NCBI GenBank assembly: GCA_030141605.1
Contig: JAQGDQ010001340.1
Location: 1-46,099, forward strand
Direction of reading: 5' to 3'
Length of the DNA stretch: 46,099 bases
DNA from: Tubiluchus corallicola
Lineage: Eukaryota; Animalia; Priapulida
Shown here: positions 1-11,121 of the stretch, piece by piece
Layout: each line of letters begins with the position of its first letter
Position numbering within the stretch: the stretch's first letter is position 1
Position numbers and translations under genes: made by a program
The notes under the pieces: model-generated
What the model saw: the letters and a program-made list of their open reading frames with translations, nothing else
What the model was told of the DNA's origin: nothing
Database searches by the model: none

Positions 1-339
1 CTGTAGTGAATAACCCAAACCTTTATTTTCCTTTGTACCAACTAACTTCCTGTTAGTGATTGAATTACAGAATGGATGATCATCATGAATGAATATTCAA
101 TATGTTGAAACCAAGATATATGTTTCCTCGTATAAACTTCACTTGTTTTGCACATTTGCATGGAGATGTAATTTTAGATATGCCATACAGATACACATTG
201 ACAGTGTACATGTATAGTGAGTGGAAGCCAGAACAGTGACCTAGAAAAGTTAGTTCAGGTAGAGAGCTGCTTACCTTTGGATGTTAAAAGCAGCCATGTT
301 AATAAAAAGCAGCGAATAAATGTTGGTAACAATATGAAA

Positions 340-745
340 TAGTTAGCCTTTGATGGTTAGCTTGGTGTAGCTGTAGCTGGTGATGTTGGTAGACTAGACC
401 CCCTGTCAAAGTCAGCTATCCCATATACGTCAATCTAGCGTGCATATTTTGGTACGAGACAGACAGTCATTTGCCATAGTGTTGATGTATACAGAGTCAG
501 ACTTATTCTGTGCAGAACCGAAGTTGCCGGTAAGACGTATCATTGCTACATTTTCTAGTATCTAGAGGAACATTAACTGTTTGCCACACGTCGATCATTA
601 ACTTCTTGAAGTGAAGTTTGGAACTTGTTAGTAAAAAGACACCTCCTGCTGATCTGGGGCCCCTCCCACTAACCTGGCTTCTTACTATCCCTTCATTACC
701 CTGGGAGTGGGGCTTTACTTTGTGCACACCCTGTGTATTGTTCAT
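340..745 (-). mobile_element. Decayed LINE AP-endonuclease fragment (L2/CR1-like)
   Basis: Broken minus-strand frames give GRGPRSAGGVFLL (cf. R.GGGVAIY), MIRLTGNFG (cf. ILGDFN) and YINTMA, in the order expected for an APE domain; many stops and frameshifts. Confidence 0.4.
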
Positions 746-1267
746 AAATTGTAATTCTGATTAGAAACCGTTTTGTCAGTGTTAAAGCTTTATTTTGCTA
801 TCATACAACAAATTTCCCTGTCATTTACATCTTTTAGATTTCATGATGTGAACGCAGCTTTAATTTCAATAAGCCTACAAAAGTATTGATTTCTTTATAG
901 TAATCTGATACTGTTTTGCGTTAATTTAAGTTTGGTGATTGGACACTGAGGTTAGATCCAGCAATCACTAGACTGCCTATTAACAATTAATCAGGTAACG
1001 ATCTCCGTAGAGTTTAAACAATTTACATATTTTGTTTGAAGTCCTTAGACCAAAATTTCGTCACAATCACTCACCTCTCATGATTATGACAGCATAATTG
1101 ATGATTATCTGCTTCTTTATCAACCTATAAATGTTGAATATCTTCTGCTTTCGTGTTTTTGGACTGGAATGTTTGTCAAACTTATATATATGTACATAAA
1201 CTTTACATACGTCAAACTTATATGTACATGTACTATTATGTACATAAATTTTAATTCATTCTAAGTG

Positions 1268-1537
1268 GATTTACAACACAGTAACTATTACTGATCACAA
1301 TATTTCCACTATGTGCAGTGATGAAATATACAATTAGTTAGTTCGGGTATGTAATAACTCAAAATGGTTAATTCAATAATACGACTAGTTCATTAGTTAA
1401 TACTTAAATAAAATTTACAAAACCCGTACAATAGATACGATAACAGAAATGATTCTCGATGTACATAAGCCTATAAGCCCATGTAAAGTATAAGTTGTAA
1501 ATTGTAATGTACGATGTTGCTACTTAATTCAGAAATC
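1268..1537 (+). repeat. 270-bp dispersed repeat, copy 1 (copy 2 at 10508-10777)
   Basis: GATTTACAACACAGTAACTATTACTGATCAC...CTTAATTCAGAAATC recurs 9240 bp downstream with about 5 substitutions. Confidence 0.9.
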
Positions 1538-2764
1538 TATTGTACAACTTACATCGGTAAAGCTACTGTAGAAATAAATGTATTTTGAATAGAAATAGAA
1601 AGCTTAAATACGCAGATGATAGGCAGAGCAGCCTAAACCTAGCTGCCTTAGGAACTAATGATCTGTTGAAGTTGTTATTATTGGGAAAGATGAATTTAAC
1701 TATGTTGCTAACTGTAAAATATTCCAATGCATACATGACTTTATATTACGTACTAAACGCTTCCAGTAGTTTCTATCTGATATGAAATGCATCAGTCTTA
1801 AATAATCGTACATATATATTTACTAACCGTCATTTTTTACTAATGTCTAATGTATCACTGTAGTAAAACTTTAGTATACTAAAGTATACTAAAAACTAAG
1901 TATAGTCTATTCTTACTGTAAATGTTCTTGTAAATAGTGTATATAATCTGTTGTGGTGAGGATCCTAAATCATGTTGTTCAAACTGTCTGATCGAATCCT
2001 AAATAAATTATGTTTAAACTAAAGCTACAAAGGTAATTAAAAATAATAAAATGAATGTTAATTTACGTGTAAATTAACTGATTTATATTGGCTTATAAAC
2101 TACACACCTGTGTTTTCTTACCTTAAGTACCTGTCTAAATCAGTAGATTAATGTTAGTATACACAACACCTGAGGCTAACATATCCTTTATTTTGTAAAA
2201 GTAAGTTATACACTCTACACGTATTGACATGAAGAACTGTATTATCACGGTGTGTCTTAGCTCTTAAGGGACCAAAGGAAAGCATCACTGAGTTTGGAGA
2301 GTAAATGGATGGATGACTACCAGGAAGATTACTCTTGGATCGTTTCATCTCACCCAAGGCTTTTCTCTTGTTAAGAGGAGTTCACACTTATCTGTAGACT
2401 AACGCAACCCTAGCGGTTCAGTGTTTCGTCAGATGATTATTCGTGATATCAGTTACAAGTCCAGTAGCAGCTCGTAGCTAAAATTAGTGGGGTGCCATTG
2501 TTTTAATACAGTGTAAAACGTAACAAACATATGTAATTTTAATGTTGTAGTGATATGTAGTTGTAGGTGTTGAACGGTCTCTTTTCTTAACTGCAACTTC
2601 CTCATGGAGAGACAACTGTGAAAAATTAAGCTGTTGTACTTCACTTACAGTCACAGAGCTTATTTCTAGGGGATGAAAGACGTCCATTATGAAATAATTT
2701 ATGTTTTAAGCGCACACACTAAGTGTATATTTTATCACATCCAAGAATATGATGCAAGAAGTGT

Positions 2765-2905
2765 CACACACAAACATACACGCACGCACGCATACACACA
2801 TACACGCACGCACGCACTCATGCACACACACACGCACGCACGCACGTACGCACACACACACACACACACAGACACACGCACGCACGCACGCACGCACACG
2901 CACAC
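2765..2905. repeat. (CA)n/(CGCA)n compound microsatellite
   Basis: Visible directly; explains the spurious HT/VC-rich ORFs. Confidence 0.95.
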
Positions 2906-3015
2906 AAACTTCTTTTGTAGAGTGCCAGAGTTAACTTATATGGGGCTTTGAAATATATATTGAAAAAACTTTCACCTCAGAAGCCATATTTCAGAAGCCA
3001 TATACATGACTAATC

Positions 3016-3936
3016 TTAATCAACAAACTGTTCAGTTCCGTAGTAAATGAGTCTTGCCATCTGACCGAAGGTAGTGTCCAACTTTTTGATGTTCTCTGGA
3101 GTGTGTTCTTTCGGCCCATCCTTTGTTAAATAATGTCTGTGTCCATACATAAGATGTACGGCATACCACTTATACTGCCAATCGACCTTTTTTGTAAATA
3201 TATCAAAAATAAGTCCTGTCGATACGCCAAATACATCATCTGGTACCCAATGTGCCATGAATGGGTTTTTCTCCAGTAGCTCCCTAACTGGAAGTTCTCC
3301 AGCATTAAAATACCACAGTGAATCATTAAAGCGGTGATACATATCATAGTATTTTAGCAAAAAGGGTGCTTGCCTTGCACTGACTTGAATCTGATTTCCC
3401 ATTGTGTTTTCTACTTTCTCTCTTGTCCATCCTCCTACAGTGAAACTGTGCTCTCTGAAAATGTCAAAGGATCGAACAACATAAACATCATTGTCGAGAT
3501 AGATACCTCCATATTCCATCAGGATTTCCATGCGTGCCACATCTGAAGCGTGATGAATGACTTTTATGCTACGACCAAATATGCTTTTTGGTTTTTCACG
3601 TGGAATAACTTTAATGGTTCTCTGGTTCTTTAGCTGTTCCCAGAACTCTCCGGTTGGTGGAGTGTCACAGTGAATGAAAAGTTGTTCAGGTTTAATGTTC
3701 ACCAAGGCAGATTTGATACACAGCATTTCAACAAACGTGACATGCGGTTGCTCAAACCGAACAAAGTGAACAAAGTTGGGCACAATATATTTTGGTTTTG
3801 CAGTGTTGTGCAATAACTTGCTCTGATTTTTCTTCTTTATATTGAAAAACCTTATGGCATGCTCATTTAGTTTTGTCGTGTAAAAGTAACACGTAGACAC
3901 AATCATTGCTCCAATGATAACTATTGGAAAAATCAT
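3016..3936 (-). CDS. Alpha-1,4-glycosyltransferase-like protein (GT32 family, DXD sugar-binding region; A4GNT/A4GALT-like), type II membrane protein, 306 aa
   Basis: Intact ORF with N-terminal hydrophobic anchor (MIFPIVIIGAMIVSTCYFY), VPNFVHFV, CIKSA, HASDVARMEILMEYGGIYLDNDV (DXD) and W.FNAGELP. Acceptor ttttcatacttgcag|G places the exon start at 3944, so an upstream exon exists but was not located. Confidence 0.88.
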   Translation of the reverse strand: MIFPIVIIGAMIVSTCYFYTTKLNEHAIRFFNIKKKNQSKLLHNTAKPKYIVPNFVHFVRFEQPHVTFVEMLCIKSALVNIKPEQLFIHCDTPPTGEFWEQLKNQRTIKVIPREKPKSIFGRSIKVIHHASDVARMEILMEYGGIYLDNDVYVVRSFDIFREHSFTVGGWTREKVENTMGNQIQVSARQAPFLLKYYDMYHRFNDSLWYFNAGELPVRELLEKNPFMAHWVPDDVFGVSTGLIFDIFTKKVDWQYKWYAVHLMYGHRHYLTKDGPKEHTPENIKKLDTTFGQMARLIYYGTEQFVD

Positions 3937-3992
3937 GATGTGACCTGCAAGTATGAAAATAGTATAAACTGACTGCCCTCCATACTTTCAAG

Positions 3993-4477
3993 CAGAGCCT
4001 ATTTCAGCCTAAGGCGAGGCCCGCGGAAGTGGGGTATATGAGGCCCCAGCAGGGGGGCGGGCGCTACCATGGCTGGCGCCCAGAAAATTTTTGAACTGCT
4101 AGAATGCCGGAGAAGCATTTTCGAAGAGAAAATATGGAGTTATACAGTTGTTAAAGGACGGAACAATTGAAAGAAAAACTGCTTTATTCTCAAGATCAGT
4201 CCTTAATATTTGTCAAATAGTCAAATCAAAAACAACATGTTTGCAATAAGTAATACCGTATTCTCACTTCCGTATAAGCTGGTGTTAGAATTCCGAAATT
4301 GAAAACAGCTGAACATCGGCACCGAGCCGCACAAGGCAAACGGCGCGCGTGCGGCAAGAGAGAAGAGGCAGTATGTTCCCATAAAGCAAAAAAAGTTACC
4401 TCGGCGCGAGGCCCCTCTTGAGGGTGAGGTCCCGGGGAAGTATCCCCACTCCCCCCCCCCCCTTGAAATAGGCCCTG
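3993..4477. mobile_element. Non-autonomous hAT-like MITE with 5-bp TSD
   Basis: TIRs CAGAGCCTATTTCA...TGAAATAGGCCCTG; TCAAG on both flanks (3988-3992, 4478-4482); no coding capacity. Confidence 0.75.
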
Positions 4478-4939
4478 TCAAGCCTGAAAGATATTACTAA
4501 ATTTAAAAACCTTTATCCTATGTAAGCTACCTGGTGACTATTGTTCCCACACGTAACATCATCAGATATAGGAATATTTGTAGACAGAAAATCTTTTATA
4601 AATTTAAAATCCGTGCATATTTTTTTATTATTGCTGGGTAGAATTGCTGGGAAGTTACACCATCAAAAAGATAAAAAATGTTTAAGAAAATTTAATATGG
4701 TAATACTGAAAATAAAAAATGAGAACTAGAATATTAAGTTCAAACCTGAAATCGGCTTCATTGTGCATAAATGGAAGTTTAAAAAATTTGCAGCAATAAG
4801 CATATATGTGAAAGCAATTTCTGTGATTCTGTCTTATCTTTAGTTATCTCATAATTTGAAAACAATGGTAATAGGTGACAATTGCTTCTTAGAAACATTC
4901 TAAAAGACAATGAGTTGGTAGTACATTGTTATCTAATTT

Positions 4940-5085
4940 CATGTTTGATTCAGTACTGTTGTTCCACTATTGTCCATTTTAAATGCACTCTCTGCAAGCC
5001 AGGATCCTTCACTGAACAGGAGGGATTTTTGTTTCAATAATATTGTATGTTGATGTATTGTATATGTATTGCAGGAGTGAAATAA

Positions 5086-5124
<39 letters not shown>

Positions 5125-5140
5125 TGATTTGATTGATTGA
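4940..5140 (+). mobile_element. Retroposon 3' end with (TTGA)n tail
   Basis: AATAAA immediately followed by (TTGA)n at about 5086-5140, typical of L2/CR1-type 3' termini; left boundary approximate. Confidence 0.5.
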
Positions 5141-5261
5141 CATGAAGCTGACATCAAGTTGTCACGTCGGCGTCGTTGTTGACCCAGAATGACCCCTGGT
5201 TCAAATCTGTTTTTCTCTGTTCCGTTCTATTCTCAAATAAGAAACTGATTGTTGGTTTAAA

Positions 5262-5930
5262 TTGGCAACTACGTGGGATGTTCGTGCATCAAAATACAAA
5301 CATAAGGCAGGTAGACAAAAATTTAAAGCTTCAACAACTAACCTGAGAAAAACTTTAAAATTCCCAATCATTGAAGCACACAAAGAATATTTTACTCTGC
5401 TTTTTATATTTAAATACATTAACAACATCAGCAAACCATTCCAGAATAACAGATTTACCTTTTTTCCAAATCCTATCGTTAATTCCAGAACAAGCAATCT
5501 AAAACAAATTAGGACAAATACCCACTATCGAACGAACTCTGTAATCACACAAGCAATTCTACTTTGGAATTCTCTGCCATTACAGGATAAACAAATCAAG
5601 TCCCTATCAGCATTTAAAATAAAATTAAAAACACTAATATTAACCAGATATGAAATACCATCACACCAGTACGACAACATACACACTAATTCAGAATTCA
5701 TATATCCACGGCCATATTAATTAAATCATAATTTTTTCATTTTTTAGTGCATAGTTGTAAATATGTTTGATTTTATTCGTCGTTACTTTCCATTACTACA
5801 CAGTAGTTTAGATTGCACTGACGCATTTACCTTTAGCAGTATAAGTTTTTATTAACTAACACTGATTGATCATCTCTGTAAAGTTTTTATCAGTGATTAT
5901 CAATGCATTTTAATGACAAATAAAGATTAT
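5262..5930 (+). mobile_element. 5'-truncated LINE: ORF2 C-terminus plus 3' UTR
   Basis: ...RTNSVITQAILLWNSLPLQDKQIKSLSAFKIKLK is the W-N-x-L-P...FK..LK end of CR1/L2-group ORF2; ends CATTTTAATGACAAATAAA. Confidence 0.75.
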
Positions 5931-5954
5931 TATATGTATTATATCTATATATTA

Positions 5955-6752
5955 CAAGCAAAGGCCCCGCAAAAAATTTTGCGTAAAAAACCACGTGTAA
6001 TCAATAATATGCGAACATCCTACCTAGTCCTCATTTATAACACAAAGCCCGTAACATCATGCCTACTGTTCGTTTAACTAACGTAAAACCTGCAGCTTTT
6101 TGCTGAATTAAAGTTATAAGCAGAGTATAATGGATTACGTCACAACAATGGCATTGCGTCAGCAATTTTCTAAGCGAAAATTGCCGAAAATAGAACTCCT
6201 AATTAACTGGTCGGTACTTCTCTCGGTGGACCTGCCCTAACATATAGCCCACATCATCGTGTAGCCCCGTTCTTCCTCTTTGTAAAGAACCCCATATCTC
6301 CTTCCTAGAGTCCCACCGGGCGACGCTAGAACGTTTTTCCCGCAGGCTGTTTGGTCAAAATTTCGAAAAAATCGCGAGTTGGGTCCGGGAAAATGCCCGT
6401 TGCGGGGCGCCCTGGCCCTCTCGGGAACTCTGAATATGCCTACTACACCCACCGCTGAACGGGCTATCTATCCATACCCAGCACCCCCCTCGGCCCGTTC
6501 CCGTTCTCTACATCTCAGCCGTATAACTTTTGCAAAAAACGGCCGAAAAAGGGCCATTTTTGGAGGTTTTTCGCCACCCGTTCCTCCCGGTGGGCCCGAT
6601 TCGAAAAATAAACCATCAATGGCACGACACTAGATCGAGACCTTTCGTTTGGTATATAGATCGCCGCAAATGGTGCCCTCGTCCGGGCTGTAGCCTCGAA
6701 TCTTATATATATATATATATATATACCAAGAATATTAATATAAGAGTATAGA
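5955..6752 (-). mobile_element. Non-autonomous Helitron (~800 bp)
   Basis: Minus strand starts A|TCTATACTCTTATATTAATA. The 3' end has hairpin CGCAAAA-TT-TTTTGCG (5968-5983), then 9 nt, then CTTG|T. Sits in an AT target with no TSD. Terminus is CTTG rather than canonical CTRR. Confidence 0.6.
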
Positions 6753-6998
6753 TTACTGACACAAGTTGTACTGCTTTTACAGAATGTCGGCGATGTTAAA
6801 GGTGATGACGTCACAATGGCATTTCTACTTCGCGCGCTAGAAGAATTAACAGGAGAAGAATATTACATAAAAGACAGACCGGATCTGACGCCAGGAGTCT
6901 TTGACAGCATGGATTCCAACTCTTCTCTCAGGCCTATTGATATGACACGTAAACGAAATAGTACGTTTTTCTGTAATACTTTCACGTTTCAAAACTCA

Positions 6999-7080
6999 AA
7001 AGGACAAGAAAAGGGGCACCTGAAGTAGGTTTCAGAAAAATCGCCTTAAAAAATTACACTACCTTACAGCAATTAATACA
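6999..7080 (+). mobile_element. Left-end fragment of TTAA-type MITE family A
   Basis: AAAGGACAAGAAAAGGGGCACCTGAAGTAGGTTTCAGAAAAATCGC, shared with the copies at 7366, 27790(-), 36681 and 44123. Confidence 0.8.
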
Positions 7081-7365
7081 AAATTTTCCAAGAATGTTTA
7101 TATGATTACTTGGGACCCGTGCCATTCTTTAATGCCCACGAATTGCCAAAACACAACGCAAAAAAACTTATAGGAGATTCTCAAATATAGAAATTTAGTA
7201 TTTACAAATTGTCTTATGAAATATTTACTTATCATAGTGTTTCATAAGCACAGCATAAAAATGTGGATAAAATAGTTTGATTCTGTGCGAAATGTTCATC
7301 ACAAGTATGAACTGCAAGTCTACTTAAAGTTATCACAACGACTGATTTTACACTTTAAAGGTTAA

Positions 7366-8084
7366 AGGACAAGAAAAGGGGCACCTGAAGTAGGTTTCAG
7401 AAAAATCGCGTTGAAAAATTATATTACTTTTTTTAGCAATTTTATACATATATCTTACTCGCAGCGAAAGGATTTTCTGTTTGTTTTCATTGTAAATCTC
7501 TCGCAGTATTGTTCCGATGGCGCCATTACATGCGTCACTACGCAACGGTAAATCAGGAGAAGAAAAGGCAATGTTAAATTATGTCCCAAAAACTTTCCAT
7601 GAAAATTTATTTTACTTAGCATTTCGCTTACCTGCTAGAAAGACTTATGTAACTAGAAAAGAAAATCTTTAATAGTTTAAAATCTTTTCACCAATTGGTA
7701 AAATGTCCCTGGCTCACCCTCCAGGGTGCACCACTCACTAACCAAAAACGTTTTTTTGATCTTATTAACAAGATACAGTAATTTAAAATTTAGCTCGTTT
7801 AGTGACAATTTTATGCACACATTAAAAGGAATTTTGTTTGTTTTTATTTTAAACCTCCCGCAATACTGTTCCGAAGGCGCCATTAATATGACGTCACCTA
7901 CGCCATGTAAATCAAAGGAAAAAAAGGAAGTGTTAAATTGTGTTGCAAAAAATTTCCGTGCAGTGAATAATAAGCTAATTATTCAAATACAAGAAACAAC
8001 TGCTAACTTTTATAGGCAAGAAAATGTATATTTTGGACAGTAAATTAAAATGAGATTGAGTCTAACCAATCGTCCGTTTTTTCT
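7366..8084 (+). mobile_element. Composite Kolobok-like MITE: family A body with internal duplication, joined to an inverted family B end
   Basis: TTAA|AGGACAAG start; about 7800-7960 repeats about 7430-7600; about 7962-8084 is the reverse complement of the left end of family B; ends TTCT|TTAA. Confidence 0.7.
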
Positions 8085-8934
8085 TTAAATATTAAAATAT
8101 GGATATTACGAAATCACCTAAATCTTGTTGACTTGTTGTGATTCTATAGAATAATTTCACGCATGCGCAATGGTTGCATCAGCGCCATTAATTTATTTAT
8201 ATATTTTTTGTAATTACCTGACGCCCGTCGGAGGCCTTGCATTATTATTCACACAACAACAGAACATTAACATTCTGTTAGCAGGTGTTTCTTCATTCAT
8301 TATGATTAATCTGCTTATAGAGAAAACGATAAGAAGTCGATAATTAGGATTGCATGACCAGATTTACACAAGCGTAATGTAAACGCGTAATATTAATAGC
8401 ATCAAATTATACATTAACCAGCTTGCCAAGCTATGGTGTGAAAATTTGGTCTAGTTTTTATTAGCGCAGTTATTGTATGAATGTGAACCACCCATTACAC
8501 TTATATGTGTGCTGACAGTTGATTTGTCTCTAACGTCAAATATTATTTCAAAGAAGACACTTTCAGTGCATTTGCAGAGTTACGTTCATTTATTCTTGCA
8601 TTCTTTCCCATTATTGAACATTATTTTATTATAAACTATAATATTCAATAGTATTCGTATTCACATTCCTATAATAATTCATTTTCATTCGTCTTAAATG
8701 CAAAATCTGATAATTTTTAATTACCTGCTACATCCGCATTAATTAATTAATTAATTATAATAGTAACAACCCTGAGAGGTTGGCTGACCTCGATAACTTA
8801 TAGTTCTTTCGCCACCCTTTCCCCACTAATCAATAATCACTTTTGCACTTTGTAATATTATTGTATGTTGTACAGATGTATAAATCTCTTAGTTATGTAT
8901 TTTGCTATTTTAAAAATGCTGATAAACTAATAAA

Positions 8935-9096
8935 CCTACTTACTTACCTACCTACCTACCTACCTATCTACCTATCTACCTACCTACCTACCTACCTACC
9001 TACCTACCTACCTACCTACCTACCTACCTACTTACTTACTTACTTACCTACCTACCTACCTACCTACCTACCTACCTACCTACCTACCTACCTACC

Positions 9097-9128
<32 letters not shown>
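8935..9128. repeat. (TACC)n/(TACT)n microsatellite, probably a retroposon tail
   Basis: Visible directly; preceded by AATAAA. Confidence 0.9.
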
Positions 9129-9994
9129 CTTATCAACAAATTAAAACCCCCCACACACAAAACACTCAAGCCACTAACACAAAGCACTTAATTTGAATTT
9201 AAATTTGTAAACATTTTAAACTTTCAAAGTCTTAAATGTATCTTAAATATTAGTGTAATTAATTACTTGTGCTTTTAATTGTAAATTCATTTTTAGCACT
9301 ATTGCTCACTCCAGTGGAAACACTTGATTACATTATCAATTTTTGAATGTAGTTTACAATTCGTATATTCGTAAAGTAATCACAGTAACTGATTTTTTAC
9401 AGGTATTTGTTATTTCAAGATTTGCAAACTGCCAGGTGGAAAAAGGAGGAAGTAATTTCTACGTCTGTTTTGAGCAACATGCGAAATCTTTTGACTTTTT
9501 TTAGACATCCCTGGGCTACATCACTTACACTAAAACGCTTAAGAATCATACGCTTGAGAATTGTTAAAAAGTTTGTAATTAAACCTTTCGTTTAGAAAAT
9601 GGTCTTTGTACTGATTTGATCGTATCTGTCTGCATACAAGCCGCTAGTAATCATGACAAGGTGTAATTATAAATTACATGCTAATTAGAAAACCGAAAAA
9701 ATTACTGCATGTAGGAGTCTTGAATTGTTACATTGTAACTGTTATGTAAACTATTACGAATCTTATGTGCATTTATGATCATGAAAAACAGGTCTTTAAC
9801 ATTGTAAAACTCATGCATAAAAGAAAATTAACTTTATTTTTGTGTATTAGTTACTCAGCTGTGTATTTTAACATTTGGTTGTGTATATTTCAAGGTTTTA
9901 TCGTACGAACAAGCTTTACATTTCTCCATGGAACACTGTTTGTCTAGAAGTTTCATTATTTCTTGTTACACAAGTAGGTTCGCCACATATAGTT

Positions 9995-10201
9995 CTACGC
10001 TATAACAGTTTAAGTGACTACGCTATAACAGTTTAAGTGACTACGCTATAACAGTTTAAGTGACTACGCTATAGCAGTTTAAGTGACTACGCTATAACAG
10101 TTTAAGTGACTACGCTATAACAGTTTAAGTGACTACGCTATAACAGTTTAAGTGACTACGCTATAACAGTTTAAGTGACTACGCTATAACAGTTTAAGTG
10201 A
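9995..10201. repeat. Minisatellite, 23-bp unit x9
   Basis: Unit CTACGCTATAACAGTTTAAGTGA, nearly perfect. Confidence 0.95.
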
Positions 10202-10507
10202 AATTATTTACCCTTTGCCCATCTTTACGTGTTGAGAAAGTTGAATGCTGAGTTGGAAACCACGTAAGTTTTGGAAATTTAAGAGTTCACGTTTCAGTGT
10301 TTGATCAAGACCGGAGTGCTTGACCGGAAACAGAAACTTCATCACTTGTGACGACGTGTTATCATTTTTTGACTGTAAATAGCAAAAGGGCGTGACGTTT
10401 GTTGATATCTTTAAGACAGTATGGAAAATGTCAGATAAAGTAGCAACGCATACCTATATTGGCGGTTTTATTAACGTTAAAGTAATATATAAACCTTATT
10501 TTGAGTT

Positions 10508-10777
10508 GATTTACAACACAGTAACTATTACTGATCACAGTATTTCCACTATGTGCAGTGATGAATTATACAATTAGTTAGTTCGAGTATGTAATAACTC
10601 AAAATAGTTAATTCAATAATACGACTAGTTCATTAGTTAATACTTAATTAAAATTTACAAAACCCGTACAATAGATACGATAACAGAAATGATTCTCGAT
10701 GTACATAAGCCTATAAGCCCATGTAAAGTATAAGTTGTAAATTGTAATGTACGATGTTGCTACTTAATTCAGAAATC
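10508..10777 (+). repeat. 270-bp dispersed repeat, copy 2
   Basis: About 98% identical to 1268-1537, same orientation. Confidence 0.9.
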
Positions 10778-11121
10778 CAATACATGTGGAATTAATAGAA
10801 TTAGTGTAGTATTACAGTTATTACAGCAGTACGTATAGTTAATTCTAGTATAAGTTGTTCATTAATGAGTACTTGATTGAGAGACATTCTACATAATAAC
10901 TTAAAATACAATTGTACGTACAATCAGTTTACAAAACGTTTAGTGGACTTTATGTAGTTCTGCAACAATTTGAAGAGAATTACGTTAAAATAAACTTTAA
11001 CTGATTGTCAAGACAACGTGAAATTGCAAACCGGTTCAGAAGAACAATGTTTAAATAAATTGCAGACATATGTATTTTTCACTTTGCTATTGTTGTTTTA
11101 TTTCTTCTTCTTTTATACCTT

